NCBI RefSeq assembly: GCF_006345805.1 | Contig: NC_043006.1 | Location: forward strand, 85,808,001 to 85,872,000 | Reading direction: 5' to 3' | Source: Octopus sinensis | Taxonomy: Eukaryota | DNA: 64,000 nucleotides | In this document: one piece after another, positions 63,864 through 64,000 of the stretch | Layout of the letters: each line of letters opens with the position of its first letter | Numbering within the stretch: position 1 is the first letter of the stretch | Notes under the pieces: model-generated | Seen by the model: the letters and a program-made list of their open reading frames with translations, nothing else | Told to the model about the DNA's origin: nothing | Database searches by the model: none | Program-made: the position numbers and the translations under genes

Positions 63864-64000
63864 TTTACCTTGCGCGTGTAAACAAAAGCAGGGTATTGTA
63901 ATCATTCATATTTGTTTGTTTGTCTGTGTGTTTGCAAAATTACTGGGGAACAGCTGAATGGATTTTCACCAAATTTGGCAGAAATACTCATTGGGAGAGT
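63864..64000 (+). mobile_element. 5' end of a Helentron-associated/DINE-1-like non-autonomous element (cut by window edge)
   Basis: tttacc..gcgt...gggtattgt...(tgtt/tgtc)n...gctgaatggattttcaccaaatttggc layout. Confidence 0.55.

Overview
Eukaryotic, AT-rich, microsatellite-rich DNA. It is most likely octopus or another cephalopod, inferred from the recurring tRNA-derived SINEs and (GAT)n-tailed RTE LINEs; this was not database-verified. No long intact cellular ORF is present, and most ORF-track entries are microsatellite or transposon artefacts. The window is dominated by decayed mobile elements: RTE LINEs, a large Penelope-like RT + GIY-YIG element, a CR1-like fragment, DD37D Tc1/mariner relics, an internally deleted piggyBac plus TTAA-MITEs, non-autonomous Helitrons, and at least three SINE types. 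A CpG-retaining segment at ~39.9-44.1 kb looks like a promoter. It holds a candidate first exon ending ATG|gtaagt on the minus strand, and several possible small minus-strand exons lie to its left (low to moderate confidence, product unknown). The most notable unexplained signals are: an RTE copy with twin-priming (5'-inversion) geometry, a degenerate hammerhead ribozyme, several local inverted duplications and fold-backs, and AT-rich virus-like coding relics present in two diverged copies. I found no convincing evidence of a complete novel multi-gene system.
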